Positions 13,277-25,889 of a stretch of 64,000 nt of DNA are shown piece by piece. Below the pieces are notes generated by a model. It did not search any database and was not told where the DNA came from. It was given only the letters and a program-made list of their open reading frames with translations. The DNA comes from Callorhinchus milii. Taxonomy: Eukaryota. Within the stretch, counting starts at the first letter, position 1, and the number at the start of each line of letters is the position of its first letter. Position numbers and translations under genes: made by a program. The stretch is from contig NW_024704743.1 in assembly GCF_018977255.1 (NCBI RefSeq), positions 32,676,001 to 32,740,000 on the forward strand, written 5' to 3'.

Positions 13277-14211
13277 GGGAAAAAGAGGGCAGAAAACATT
13301 ATTATAATAATAATCCTTGCATTTGATATAGCGTCTTATCACGTCTTCGAGAAGTCCCAAAGCGCTTCACAGAATATACTGTAAAATGAATTGACTGTAT
13401 ATTCTATGGGCGAAACACGGCAGCCAATTGCGCACAGCAGTGTCCCACAAACAGTCATGGGCTGAGACACCAAATTTTTATTATTATTTTTTTCTTTGGA
13501 AGGACTTATTACCCCCGGAAAAGCGATGCACCAATTGTTTAGTTGTGGAATAAATGTCACTGAACGTACAGAGTAAGGGCTGTGATGTCGAACCTGCTAT
13601 TGGAGCTGTTGCACTACACGTTATATTTGACACAAACCACACATTGTAGAACCCCCCCAAACGGGCCCCGTGCATTACAGGATCACGTGGGGCTCATAGG
13701 TCAAATGCAGAGCAGAACTGCTGGTCGCTGTGAACAAGGCTCGGGAGCAACTGCGTTAAGGCTTCAGGTTGAGTTGATCGCAGGCTCAGAGTAGAGCAGC
13801 TTAGCTCAGTAAGACGCCTATCACTCAGCTGCTAACACACACGGGGTGAGTCAATGAGTGAGTGAGATCAAGTTTGTTGCTGGTGATTTTGTTACTTACT
13901 CTGCACGTTCGGTGACATTTACTCCACAACTAGACAATTGGTGGATCGCTTTTCCGGGGTAATAAATCCTTCCAAAGAAAAAAATAATAATAAAAATTTG
14001 GTGACTCAGCCCACGACTGTTTGTGGGACACTGCTGTGCGCGATTGGCTGCCGTGTTTCGCCCACAGAATATACAGTCAATTCACAGAATATACAGTCAA
14101 TTCACTTTACAGTATATTCTGTGAAGCGCTTTGAGACTTCTCGAAGACATGATAAGGCGCTATATCAAATGCAAGGATTATTATTATAATGTTCTCTGCC
14201 CTTTTTTTCCT
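13277..14211. mobile_element. Fold-back/MITE-like element with ~300-bp inverted arms containing a SINE 3' half
   Basis: 13277-13577 is the reverse complement of 13895-14211, including non-SINE sequence on both sides of the SINE piece; 317-bp unique spacer. Confidence 0.7.
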
Positions 14212-14607
14212 CTTAGCTCCCTCGGCAACAGGCCAGGAGAATACCGACTTCTATTTGGAAATGTTATTCCAAGTAGACTACAAGACATAGAGAATTGTTA
14301 AAGCTACAGTCCAGCGAGGATTTGGGGCAATGAAATCCAGTGTTGTCTCAAAAGGCACCGTTTAAATCTGCAGGGGATTTAGATTGTACTAATTCAACAA
14401 AATCCCTTCAACAAAATAAAGAAAATATTATAATAATATGGTCAGTCAATTCACGACTATTTGTGGGACACTACTGCGGTTAATTGGCTGCTACGGTTCG
14501 CCCACAAAATATACAGTCAATTCACTTTATAGTATATTCTGTGAAGCACTTTGAGACGTCTCGAAGACGTGATACGGCGCTATATCAAATGCAAGAATTA
14601 TTATTAT

Positions 14608-15636
14608 AACCACAAAATTACATTTATAGAGCACCTTTCACGTCAGGATGGGCCAAGGCGCTGGACAGACAGAATTACGGACGCGAGCTGGGGGTAGGGG
14701 TTGGGGAGGGCGGAGGGCAGGGGGGAAAGCAGGGAGATTGAAAGTACAGTCGAAGAGGAGGGTCTTGAGATGGGTCTTGAAGGTGGCAAGGGAGGGGGCG
14801 AGGCTGAGGGACTGCAGGATGGATGAAATCCAGGGTGGGGGCAGAGTGGCAGAAGGCCCACCCGCCAATAGTGGGGCGAGTGAGGCAGGGAACGTGAAGC
14901 AGGCTGGAGCTCACTGAGCGGAGGGAGTGAGCAGGATGGTAGGGGATTAGGAGGTCACAGAGGTAGGGGGGAGCAAAACCATGGAGGGCTTTGAAGGTGA
15001 GGACCAGGATCTTGAACTGTATCCTCTGTGTGATGGGAAGCCAGTGGACTTGGGCGAGGTTCCAGCGGAGTAAGGGGATAGGCCAAGTTGGGACCGGGAG
15101 ATGAGAGCCATACTGCCACCACGGCAGTCAGGTCGTGGGATATGATGGAAGGTATAGCCGGGTGGTGTGGCCTCGGTCAGGGGGAAGGTGTAACCTGGGG
15201 TGTCCCAGGTTTCAGTGAGGGCGAGAATGTCGATGTTTTCATCGACAACGAGGTCTTGGATTGTGAGCGTTTTCCTGGAAAGAGAGCAGACATTTTATAG
15301 ACCGATGCAGAGGGGACAGCTGGTGTTTGTGGAGTCCTGTAGCTCAGTGGTTAGAGCACTCGTTTTGCAAGTGAGAGACCTGAGTTCAATTCCAGGCAGG
15401 TCAGGGCGAAACCTTGGGCAAGTTTCCTTACTCCACACCCCTAATAATAATCCCTCCAAAAACCAAAAACAATAATTAAGTTGGTCATTTTCAATCTAAG
15501 ACTGTTTGTGGGACATTGCTGTGCACAATTGGCTGCCGCGTTCGCCCACAAATATAGTCAATTCACTTTACAGTGTGTTCTGTGAAGCGCTTTGGGACGT
15601 CCTCCCGACGTGAAAAGCGCTATATCAAATGCAAGG

Positions 15637-15669
<33 letters not shown>

Positions 15670-16368
15670 GGTGGAATAGGGGAAACGAGGGAGGGGAGTG
15701 GGAGAATTGACAGAGATGGTGGGGATATGGATAAGGTTTGGCCCCGGGGACGGATGGGCCTTGTGGCAGAGACGGAGGATGGGGCAGTCAGGATGGCTGC
15801 TTTTGGAGGTCAGCGGCGTCTGCCATGGTGGGCGTGACAGAGGATTTGCCGGCTGGAGCAGAGGGAGGCTGTGGGATGGTCGAGCAGGAATAGAAGTCAA
15901 GGAGGGCGGTGTGAGAGAAGGATTGAGTGGGTGTAGTGGAGGGAAGGGGACAGGGGTGGGAGCATTTTGGGAGAAGCAGCTCGGGTCGATGGCAGCCGCA
16001 AAATTGCACATGCCAAAACTAAGAGTGAACCTGGGGTGGGTGGTGGTGGGGGGTCAGTGTGGCGTGGTCAGCCCACTGGCATGGATCATGGGGGAGGAGA
16101 GTGTGATCGGCTCAGAATTTTGAATGTCATGGCCGAAGTGACGTTATGCAGCAGCCGACTAGTGATTTGTTGATTCTGAAGTGGCCGTGTTAGCGCCTGG
16201 GTTAGCCGAGGCCGAGGATCCCACACTGGCTCCGTGCACCGCTGGTAGATATTGGTCGCCGCATTGGATCTGGTTGCCGTTGGGGGCTTCGGACCCAGTG
16301 CTGGTGTGATCCTCGATCTCCAAGGCATTCTATCAAATTATTACTAGGTCGCTGGGCGAGAGGAGCAA
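14608..16368 (-). mobile_element. Internally deleted L2 keeping 5' region, endonuclease start and 3' end
   Basis: NVCSL..DILALTETW..GYTF..RGG joined at ~15060 to LAQVHWLPITQRIQFK and tail; CpG-rich putative 5' UTR 16100-16368. Confidence 0.7.
15331..15669 (+). mobile_element. Full-length SINE, same family, nested in L2
   Basis: Head, core and long (TTA)n tail. Confidence 0.9.
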
Positions 16369-16689
16369 TGTTATATAACTATTAACTGAAGCCAAACTCA
16401 CATCAACAATTACAATGAACACAAGAGCTGGACAGGTTCCAAAACCAGTGGGAGTGTTATTAAAATTGCAAGATTTTCTACAAATAAAGTTGGAACTTTG
16501 AAACGGGAGGTTCCCTGCAGTCAGTAAAATGTAGCTTTAGGCAACTGTTTTCACAAAACATTCATGAATAAACAAGGAATGTGTTGGGGCTGAGCAAACG
16601 CTCACACTAAATACAAATATTTATTTGCTTGGGTGGGCAACAACTGATGCATGCCCATCTGTTGCTTTTCTTTTATAAAATAATGGCAA

Positions 16690-17372
16690 ATTGTATCTTC
16701 TGTGTGATAGGAAGCCAGTGGAGATGGGCAAGGATGGGGGTGATAGGGTCGCAGAGCCTAGTGCAGGAGAGGACACGGGCTCCAGCGTTCTGGATGATCT
16801 GCAGCCTGTGGAGGCAGGAGTTGGGGAGGCCAACAAGCAGTGAGTTTGCATAGTCGAGCCTCGATGTAATGAAGGCATGTATGAGGATTTCGGGGGCCTG
16901 CGGCGTGAGACAGTGTCGGAGCCGGGCGACGTTGTGGAGGTAGGAGAAGGCAGAGCAGATCATGGAGCAGATTTGGAGTAGAAAGGTTAGTTGAGGGTCA
17001 AACAAGACCCCAAGGTTCCAGACTGGCTTAGCAAAGTGGAGTGTGCAACCATGGATGGTGATACTGTCAGTGCCTGAGGTGAGAAGGCGCCTCGGTCTTG
17101 TTGACATTCAACTGAAGAAAGTTGGCTCTCATCCAGGACTTGATGTCTGAGAGACTTCTGTCAGGACAGCAGTGGTCCTGGAGTCAAGGGTGGAGACAGA
17201 GAGGTAGATTTGGGTGTCATCCACATACATGTGGAAGTTGACCCCATGTCTGCGGATAATATCAAGAGGGAGCATATAGATATTGAAGAGGAGGGGACCA
17301 AGGACAGAGCCCTGAGGAACGCCGCTTGAGACGGTGCCGGGGCTAGAGGAGAAGCTGTTTGTGGAGATGAAG
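16690..17372 (-). mobile_element. L2 RT fragment
   Basis: [32 protein letters not shown]. Confidence 0.88.
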
Positions 17373-18084
17373 TTCAAGTTGAGTTATTCATTCAATTTTA
17401 CAGTATTCTGGTTAAGAGACGTGAAGCTGGTTTCATGATCACACACCTGGAGCTGAGCCAATTGGCAAGGTTAAGACTGGGTCCATGTGAATTTCGTCTT
17501 CCTGTTTTTGTTTAATTTTGTTAATTCTTGGTAAGTTTCTTCCTTATCTGGTTTCATGCTACCAATTGAACCAAGTTGACACCTGTAATCAAAATATCCA
17601 GTCATATCGATCAGATCATGCCAAACTTTTTTAAAAAAAGTAGATTGAAGGAGGAAGGAAAACTTGAAACGAGTTAAGGCATCTGATGGCCCTGAGACTT
17701 GAGGAGAAATGAGGTGGAGCAGAAGATTGTATGGAATGATCTTGATTTCAAAAGTGGTGGAGAAGAAGAATGGATAGGTTAAGGATTTTTGGGAGACTTA
17801 TTTGGAACAATAGAATAGCTATCGAAGTAATAACAATATTAAAGATTATACAGAAATATTGTAATATTTATGTATAGAGAGAGCAGGTTAAAGGTAAGAG
17901 AAAGATCACCTTCCAAGTGATACGTCTTTTTTGTGTGCTAGATATAGTACGAGAGAGGTGCTAGAACAGCCTCCGAGATATGGCTGCAGTGTCCTGCCCG
18001 TGGGTAGGCTTAGGGTTTTTAGAATTAAGAGTAGTTGAGAAAAAACAGTTTGGCAGGAAGGAGGTTGACAGTGGAGGAGATAAA

Positions 18085-18454
18085 TAATGATAAATAATAA
18101 TCCTTGCATTTGATATAGCGCTTTTCATGTCTTCTGGACATCTCAAAGCGCTTCACAGAATACAATGTAAAGTGAATTGACTGCATATTTGTGGGCGAAA
18201 CGCAGCAGCCATTTGTGCACAGCAGTGTCCCACAAACAATCATGGAATGAATGACCAAATTTTTTTTTTTTGGAAGGATAATTATCCGCGGGAAAGCGAT
18301 CCACCAATCAACTAATAACCAGGTTCCTAGTTAGTGCTGTGTAAACAGAGGCGTGTGTAGTAAGAAAACATTCCCAACGTTTCATTCTGCCAGGAATGGA
18401 AACAGGTATCTCACTTGTAAGGTGAGTGCTCTAACCACTTAGCAACAGGACTCT
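18085..18454 (-). mobile_element. Older-subfamily SINE
   Basis: Diverged head, core and tail; CTCCACT flanking duplication on the minus strand. Confidence 0.8.
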
Positions 18455-19146
18455 ACTAGTGGAGATATTGAAGATGTGTTTGAGCTCATCAAAGTAGATA
18501 GTTCAGTCAAGAATATCAATTGTAAAGACCTGTAAGAGTGGATCTTCCAAAGACCTTTGGATTGAAAAAGGGCTGGGTGAGAAATGCTAAGATAGATGGT
18601 GTCTTACAACAACCAAGTGCCTTGGGGGAAGTAAAGTATGTCCCTTGCAGGAAACACCAACGTTAGTTGTGAGAACCCACAAGAACTTTAATTTGAGCAG
18701 ATTTTTGCTTAGAGCCAAGCTCACAAGGGTTTGTGTGATATACATGGGATTCATTGAAACAGATGCTCTTTACATCCCATTGACACTTTTAGAATAATAT
18801 AAAAATAACCTTTGAGTTTGATATAGCACTTTTCATGTCAGAAAGACATCTCAAAGCATCTCACTGTTCCATTTGCCTACAGATACAACAGCCAGTTTGC
18901 AAACTATTTTTGAATAGTGTTGTGGAATGTGTTCGGTATGTGGGCCTCATTTTCACTGTTGTTTTCCCAGTGAGTGCTTTTTCTACTTAAATTAACAGTG
19001 ACTAGTTTTAAAACAAAAATTACATGACGTAGCTCAAATTTTTCTGTAACTTTTATATTTGTTGCTCTATATTTGACTCCTTGTATTACCTTGCCGTAAT
19101 TAGGCCTGTCCAATCAAACTGTCTTTTGCAGCTAAAGAGAATAGAG

Positions 19147-19392
19147 ATGGCAGCACTCGCTAGGACTGGGCCACTGCTTCAAGTTTCCAAAAAACTCCCT
19201 GTCCTGGGGCTAACCAGACAAAACTGTAAACAAAGTGTTTGCAACAGAATACTCTATCTCCCAGTCAGATCAACAAGTTTGAAGAAGTCATTGTGGATGT
19301 GTTGTAGCGCTAAAAATACTGAGTGGCAGAGTTGCACACTCTGGCACAACCAGTGCTGCACACATGTGGCCAAACAAGCACTGAGCACAATG
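19147..19392 (+). CDS. D-2-hydroxyacid dehydrogenase gene, putative coding exon 1 (82-aa N-terminal extension, presequence-like)
   Basis: Acceptor TTTTGCAG ends 19131, strong-context start GAGATGG at 19147, open for 82 codons (MAALARTGPLLQVSKKL...QALSTM), donor ATG|GTGAGT at 19392; phase 0 joins in frame to next exon. Confidence 0.6.
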
Positions 19393-19869
19393 GTGAGTGA
19401 CCATTTAGATGGTACCAGTTCAACTTGATTTATCTATTAAATATCATTTATACCATTGCCTTGGGTACATTGTAATAGATTACTGGGATCATATGAAATG
19501 AACGATCTGTAAGAGAGTCACAGACCAAAGGAGCGGATCAGGATTTTGAAACATCTGGTTGGTTAGGAAAAAGGGGACTAAGAAGAAGAAGATCTCAGCT
19601 TCTAATAGATGAGTAACTGGTTCTGATATGTGAGAAAGAAGCTGAAACTTCTTTTGGAAATGGTAGTGGTGGGAATGAGAAATGAAGTATATGGATGAAA
19701 GACGTAGATGGATTTTCATTCCCACCCCTCACCCCCCCGGCCAATTCTAGACGAAAGGGAATATGCTTGGATGGGATCATCAAGGAGTGAAACATAAGAA
19801 AGCAAGACTACCAAAACAAACTTCAGATGGTTTTATATTTTTGAAGTATATTTTATTTTTCTCCCACAG

Positions 19870-20248
19870 ACGATGAGTGAACGGCCATACATTTTATCTT
19901 CAAAACTTAGTGATACTGAGGGCATTCAAAGAGAGCATGCGGAAATTATCAAGAAGCATTTCAACATCATCTGGTTTGATGAATTCCTAAAAAACAAAGA
20001 GGAATTGGCGAATAAAATCCAAGTGGTTTTTTTGTGGGGGCATAGTCTAAAGGTAGATCAGAAGCTTTTACAGTCTTTACCCCGACTGAAGGCAGTTGTG
20101 AGCTCTGGAGTTGGTGTGGACCATCTCCATCTACCTCTGATCTCTAGTTTTGGGGTGAAGGTGACCAACACTCCCCACTTGGTGGACAATGCAACTGCAG
20201 ACATGGGCATGGCACTAATGCTGGCATCAGCCAGAAATGTAATAGAAG
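19870..20248 (+). CDS. Glyoxylate/hydroxypyruvate (2-ketogluconate) reductase-like dehydrogenase, exon 2 (second ATG at 19873)
   Basis: CCCACAG acceptor; TMSERPYIL...LPRLKAVVSSGVGVDHL...GVKVTNTP...ATADMGMALMLASARNVIE, typical substrate-binding domain; donor AG|GTAAGA, phase 1. Confidence 0.93.
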
Positions 20249-21122
20249 GTAAGATGGTGACATTGCAAGTGTAAAATATTTGTGTAAAATAGACAATGGG
20301 GCCCCATCTGCAAATTTATAATAAAAGAACTGTGGAAAACCTGCTTCCAAAAATGTTGAATTATCACCAATATCAAGACTGTGTGGATTTCGGCCTCTGA
20401 CACAGCTTTACATTTGGTCACTGAATCCACCACTGTTTGTGGGAGACAGCTGTGTGTAATTGACTGCTGCCTTTCACTCACAAAATATACAAACATCGCT
20501 CTGCTTTACAGTTGATTCTGTGAAATGCTTTGATACGTCTCGAAGACGTGATATGGCACCATATCAAATGCAAGAATTATTATTATTGGCGTCTTGTTTG
20601 ATCCTCTGTTCTTTCTATCCCACATCTGTTCCATGACCTGCTCTGTTCTCCCCCAACACAGCAGCAGCGTCCAGCTCCACCACTGCGTCACCCCTCAGGC
20701 CATTCATGCATTCATCACATCGAGGCTTGAATACGTCAACTCCCTACTTGTCGACCTTCCCAACTCTTCCATCCACAAGCTGCACATCATCCAGAACTCT
20801 GCAGCTCATGTTCTCTCCCACACCAGACTCCGCGACCCCATCACCCCACTCACGCCCAGCTCCACTAACTCACCATCCCCGATAGGACAGAGTTCAAAAT
20901 CCTCGTCGTCGCCTACAAGGCCTTCAATGGCCATCCCCACCCTACCTCTGCGATTTGCTGACTACATATCAACCTGTCCGCTACCTCCGCTAAGCAGGCT
21001 CCATATCCATTGATCTCTATCAATCACCCCCAGATCAAAATTTAACGTTAAAAGATGTCTCTGTGGCGCAGAGGTCTGCAAGAATTCATTCTTGAAATAT
21101 TTGGTTATTCTTTAATTTCCAG

Positions 21123-21294
21123 GTTTCAAGATTGCAACTTCACCAGAAACTCAATGTATGCCATGGAACTGGGTTGGGGTGGAGGTGACTGGTGCCACTC
21201 TTGGGATCATTGGAATGGGTCGGATTGGATACAAAGTTGCACAAAGAGCTAAAGGATTTGATATGAAGATTCTTTATCACAATAGGAACAGAAG
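21123..21294 (+). CDS. 2-hydroxyacid dehydrogenase exon 3 (Rossmann GxGxxG)
   Basis: TTTCCAG acceptor; GFKIATSPE...[34 protein letters not shown]; donor AG|GTGAGA, phase 2. Confidence 0.95.
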
Positions 21295-21565
21295 GTGAGA
21301 GATAAAGAATTTCAGTGACCAATGTTGTATTTAACATAACATGTAGGAGCAGGAGAAGGCCATTCGGTCCTTCGAGCCTGCCCCGCCATTCAATCATGGC
21401 TGATCTTCCAATCTACCTCCAGCTAATAACCAAACCCTGCCTTATCCCCATATCCCTTAATCCCTTTTGCAATAAGAAATCTATCTATCTCAGTCTTGAA
21501 TATGTTCAAGGACTGAGCGTCAACAGGCCTTTGGGGTAGCGAGTTCCATACTTTCATCTGGTTCA

Positions 21566-22005
21566 AAACAACAACAACAAGATTGCATTTATAGAGCGCC
21601 TTTCACGTCAGGAGGACATCCCAAGGTGCTGGACAGTTGGGTCGGGACCCGAGCAGTGGGGAAATGGTCAGGGTGAGGGGAGGGAAGGGAGGGAGCGAGG
21701 AGAGGGCAGAGAGTCGAGAGGGGAGCTGAAGGCACTGTTGAAGAGAAAGGTCTTGAGACCGGCCTTGAAGGAGGAAAGGGAGGAAGCGGCGAAGGCACTG
21801 GGGGATGGAGTTCCAGAACCTAGGGGATGAGAGGCTGAAAGCCCGGCCACCGATGGTAGGGCGGTTAGGGCGGGGGATGTGGAGTAGTCCCGAGCCAGAG
21901 GAACGGAGGGTACAGGCAGGTAAATAGGGGGATAGTAGGTCGGAGAGGTAGGAGGGAGCAAGGCCGTGAATGGCCTTGTAGGTGAGAATGAGGATCTTGA
22001 ATTCA
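21566..22005 (-). mobile_element. Young 5'-truncated L2 in dehydrogenase intron 3
   Basis: Close match to 58455-58889; TTCAAAACA duplication. Confidence 0.9.
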
Positions 22006-23244
22006 AAACACATCTTTAATTTGCAGCTACAGATGGGGATATGACAAATAAAGACAGTCAAATTCTTTCTAACTTCACTTCAAGCGTAGGTCTGGATGAC
22101 TATCTTGCTTTTTACTTAGACGGATAAGCAACTCCTTCCTTCTGAGCTCGAGTTCAGCACTTGGTTTTTCTCCACTGTACAATACAATTTACATTCTATA
22201 GTGCTTTTCACCTTGGCAGGAAGTCCCAAAGCGAGTTTACATTGCTGGGTGGCTACCCGAGGTGAGGGAGCAAGTCTGAAGGACTCCAGATGGGATCCCG
22301 GAGAGCCAGGGCAGAATGGTTGAAAGCCTGCCCAGTAATTGTATTGAACAACAGCTCGTCACATGTAGTCAGAGAAATGGGATTTCCCTTGTGACAACAA
22401 GCCAATTTCAATCAACACTTAATTCACTTGGAGGTCAAGCTACTGTCAGTATTTAAATAATAGTGTATCTCGAGGACAGGCCATTCCATACAGAGCATAT
22501 TCAGATGAAAAAGATTAGCCAAAACATTCACAGAGGTAATACACAATACATCTAAGATACAATGAATGAATTTGATCAAAAGAAGGCTAAAGCAGGTTCA
22601 AATATTTAGAACGACAACAAATAGCTGGAATATCTTCACACACAAATAGGGTTATGAAGATGTGACTGACATTCAGCAATGATTTCTGAATAACCGGGAC
22701 TGATTCCATTCTGCGTGCACTTGTATGCACATGGTTGTCAGTAAATGGATGAAACAAGCACAAGGTCACGACTTCGCAGACTCATTGCTTAAATTATTAA
22801 CCAGTAACCAGTGACAAAAATTTCAGAATGCTAGACACACAAACGTAAGTTTATTTACATATACATTGATGGGGCTTATGTTTAGAAATTTGTGATGTAT
22901 TTATTAGGAATTAGGTGGGTGTGGGGGAATAAACTCCACTTTCCTGTGCTATTCAGTGCACCATCCACAATGCCACATCAGACTTCTGCTCACAAATCAC
23001 AGCATTTGGCTGTTGGCTAAGGATATTGTGGGTTTGCGTTTGAGAATTTTTTTAGTAAAGCTAAGATCCCACTAACTGGTGGTATTATGATGGAAGTTTT
23101 AGGGGAGGGGCAGATTCCACCTTTGGGATTTCCGGGCAATTCCTAATCAAAACATTTACACATTTTTAAAATTTGATACACACCAAATGTTGAACATCAC
23201 TGCCTGACAAATCAGAAATTGCACTTGTCTTAACCTTTCTTTAG

Positions 23245-23423
23245 GACAGAGGAGGAGGAGAGAGTGGTGGATGCGAGTTACTGTGCTAAGATTGATGATC
23301 TCCTTTGGCAGTCAGACTTTGTGATGGTGGTGGTGAATCTGACTCCTCAAACGCTGAAACTAATTGGAGAACGTGAGCTTAGCCTGATGAAACCCACTGG
23401 TACTCTGGTCAATATCTCCCGAG
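23245..23423 (+). CDS. 2-hydroxyacid dehydrogenase exon 4 (catalytic Arg, NISRG)
   Basis: CTTTAG acceptor; TEEEERVVDASY...DDLLWQSDFVMVVVNLTPQT...MKPTGTLVNISR; donor AG|GTAGGA, phase 1. Confidence 0.95.
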
Positions 23424-23770
23424 GTAGGAGAATGTTCTGCCACTTGCTTCTTTGGAAAACTATTCATAAGACCCAATATTCGACCCAGATCTCACATAAT
23501 TGTGGAAAATTCCTTATTTGGAAGCTGGATTTTTACAGTTTTTAAAAATGACCGACTTTCAAATTCAGATTGAATTCTAAGAAAAAAAATCTAATTGGTG
23601 TAAAAGTCGCTGTCATAATTACAGTTAAGCTTTGGACAGATTCCTGCAATTGCAATCAACGTAAAAAAAAACTGTACTTTGTATGTAAAATTCTTGTTTT
23701 GCTACATTTACAATCCATTTCTTGTATTTGTTGCCCTGACTAATGGAGTTTGCCTTGTTGCTGATTTTAG

Positions 23771-23867
23771 GTGCAGTGGTGGATCAGGACGCTTTGGTGA
23801 AAGCACTTCAGAATGGTACTATTCGTGCTGCAGCTCTGGATGTGACTGATCCAGAACCTCTTCCAAG
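23771..23867 (+). CDS. 2-hydroxyacid dehydrogenase exon 5 (catalytic Glu, DVTDPEP)
   Basis: TTTTAG acceptor; [32 protein letters not shown]; donor AG|GTTTGT, phase 2. Confidence 0.95.
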
Positions 23868-24413
23868 GTTTGTGACCAAAAGATTACCAAATGACTGAAA
23901 TGAATTGTGTATGTTTCAACATAGGCTCTGATTTGGGATTTTAAAATGGATCTTCTCCCTTACCAAAATGTAAAGCATGCGGCCATTTTCTATTGATTCT
24001 TTTTCATTCTGGGATTAGAAGAATAGGTGAGGGGAATTGGAGGGGTGGGGCGACCATGTGGAGTATTGACACCATGGACTAGTTGGAATGAGTTGTTTAC
24101 ATGTTGTATCACTATCAACTCTGTGTAACTCACTCAGAGTACTCTGTACACAACCCCAATGTAATGTGATATTTTGGTACCATAAAATCATTATAAAAGT
24201 TCGGCAAATTAACAATGTCTGGTGGCCCCACTTCCAGGTCACCAAGTCACTGCTGACATCACTTCTGCTTCTAGCCCTGACTGGTCGGGTTCCAGTGCAC
24301 GTGAAGAGCCAACTGGTCAGTCAGCCAACTGCTCTCACAAGTGCATCTACTCAAAGGCAAAGACAAACAGCAAATAATCCGCACTATAAATAGACACTGC
24401 TACAGTGCCTCAT

Positions 24414-24474
24414 ACCCTTCGTACAGCAGCTCCAGACAAGTCTGACCCAGAGCCACTTCCAAGGTCCGTGATCA
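24414..24474 (+). pseudogene. Diverged duplicate of the 3' half of exon 5 plus its donor, inside intron 5
   Basis: TLRTAAPDKSDPEPLP(R)|GTCCGTGATCA versus exon 5 [16 protein letters not shown](R)|GTTTGTGACCA. Confidence 0.7.
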
Positions 24475-24678
24475 TTTTCAACCATGTCATCGGACACCTC
24501 CCCTCTCGCCACGGGTTGGCATGAAGCTCTGCCTCTGTTAAGAGCTCAGAGACACTACCCGCATGAAAGGTGCTTTATAAATGCTAGTTGTTGTTGATCA
24601 CCATTCTTTTGAACAAGAGGAAATAAACTATTGATGGAAGAGTTGATTTCACAAAAGTTCAATTTTTTTTCGTTACAG

Positions 24679-24835
24679 GGACCATCCCTTATTGAAATTG
24701 TCGAATGCCATAATTACTCCCCATCTTGGAACTGCAACTGACAAGACTACTGAGAAAATGTTGGAGCGAATGATTGAAAATGCTATGGCTGCTGTTTGTG
24801 GCCTTCCACTTCCGGATGAGGTGTTGATATCGTGA
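24679..24835 (+). CDS. 2-hydroxyacid dehydrogenase exon 6 (catalytic His, TPHLG; stop)
   Basis: TTACAG acceptor; DHPLLKLSNAIITPHLGTATDKT...LPLPDEVLIS*; spliced product 409 aa from 19147 or 326 aa from 19873. Confidence 0.95.
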
Positions 24836-25889
24836 AGGATATAAACAAGAGAAATAGTGTTGTGAAATTATGTCGTAAAAGCTTTTGGCTCCTTAAACCT
24901 GCTAGTGCTACACAAATTGTGCATTATCCTCCTATCGTTGACTTTCCCTGAGCCCACTGAATCTACTGAGGAAGAGGTTTGTAATTTTTTTCCCTGTCCC
25001 CGAAGCTAAATCAAACAAAAAACCAAGATCCAAAATGTTGTTCAACTGAGATAGTTAAAGGGTGACCTGATCAAGATCATCAAGATTATGTAGGTTTATG
25101 ATCAGGTACATATTAACAGATTATTTCCACTGTTCAGCAAATCTATAACAAGAGGATGAAAATTTAATATACTCATGGCAAATATCAAATGGGAAGGTAG
25201 ATAACAAATAATGTTTGTACGGAGGCTGATTGGAATTTCCTGGCACAAACTAGTGGAAGCAGAGCCCATAAAATATTTCAAAGTGAATTCAATAGGTGCT
25301 TGAAAAACTGGAAATACTGAACAGTATGGGAAGCAAATGGTCTATTCCTGCACTGTATGATTCTATGTCAGTAACAGCAATGTGTATCTTGATAACACAC
25401 TTCACATGAAAGAAACAATCATAACATGCTGTAAGAAAAAGAGAGTAATTAGGAACAAAATGAATGTTATATAGTCTGGGGGTGAAAGGGGAGAGGAGGG
25501 CTGTTAACATTCACCTGAATCACAAGGCAAAATTAATAAGTTAATGATTAAAAAAGGAGAGAAAATTATTATATAGAAATAAATAATAAAGTAACATTTA
25601 ATGCACAATGTTATATGAGCAACCATGGAAGCCAATCTGCCCCAGCATCATCTCACAAACAACATGAGCATGGGATAAAAGACATAGATCTAACGATCAT
25701 AAAGCCCATCATAGTGAGGATGGAAATGAGAGAGATGGAACAGAATGAGAATTCTGTTAAGGAATTTGGTGAGAGAGGGATTTCTTGAGCAAGAGAGAGC
25801 CCCTTCTTTCAGCAGAAGCGTGGGAATTGTTTCTTGAACAAGAGAGAACTTTTCAAGAAAAACAGGTAAACCAGCCAAATTGGCAAATC

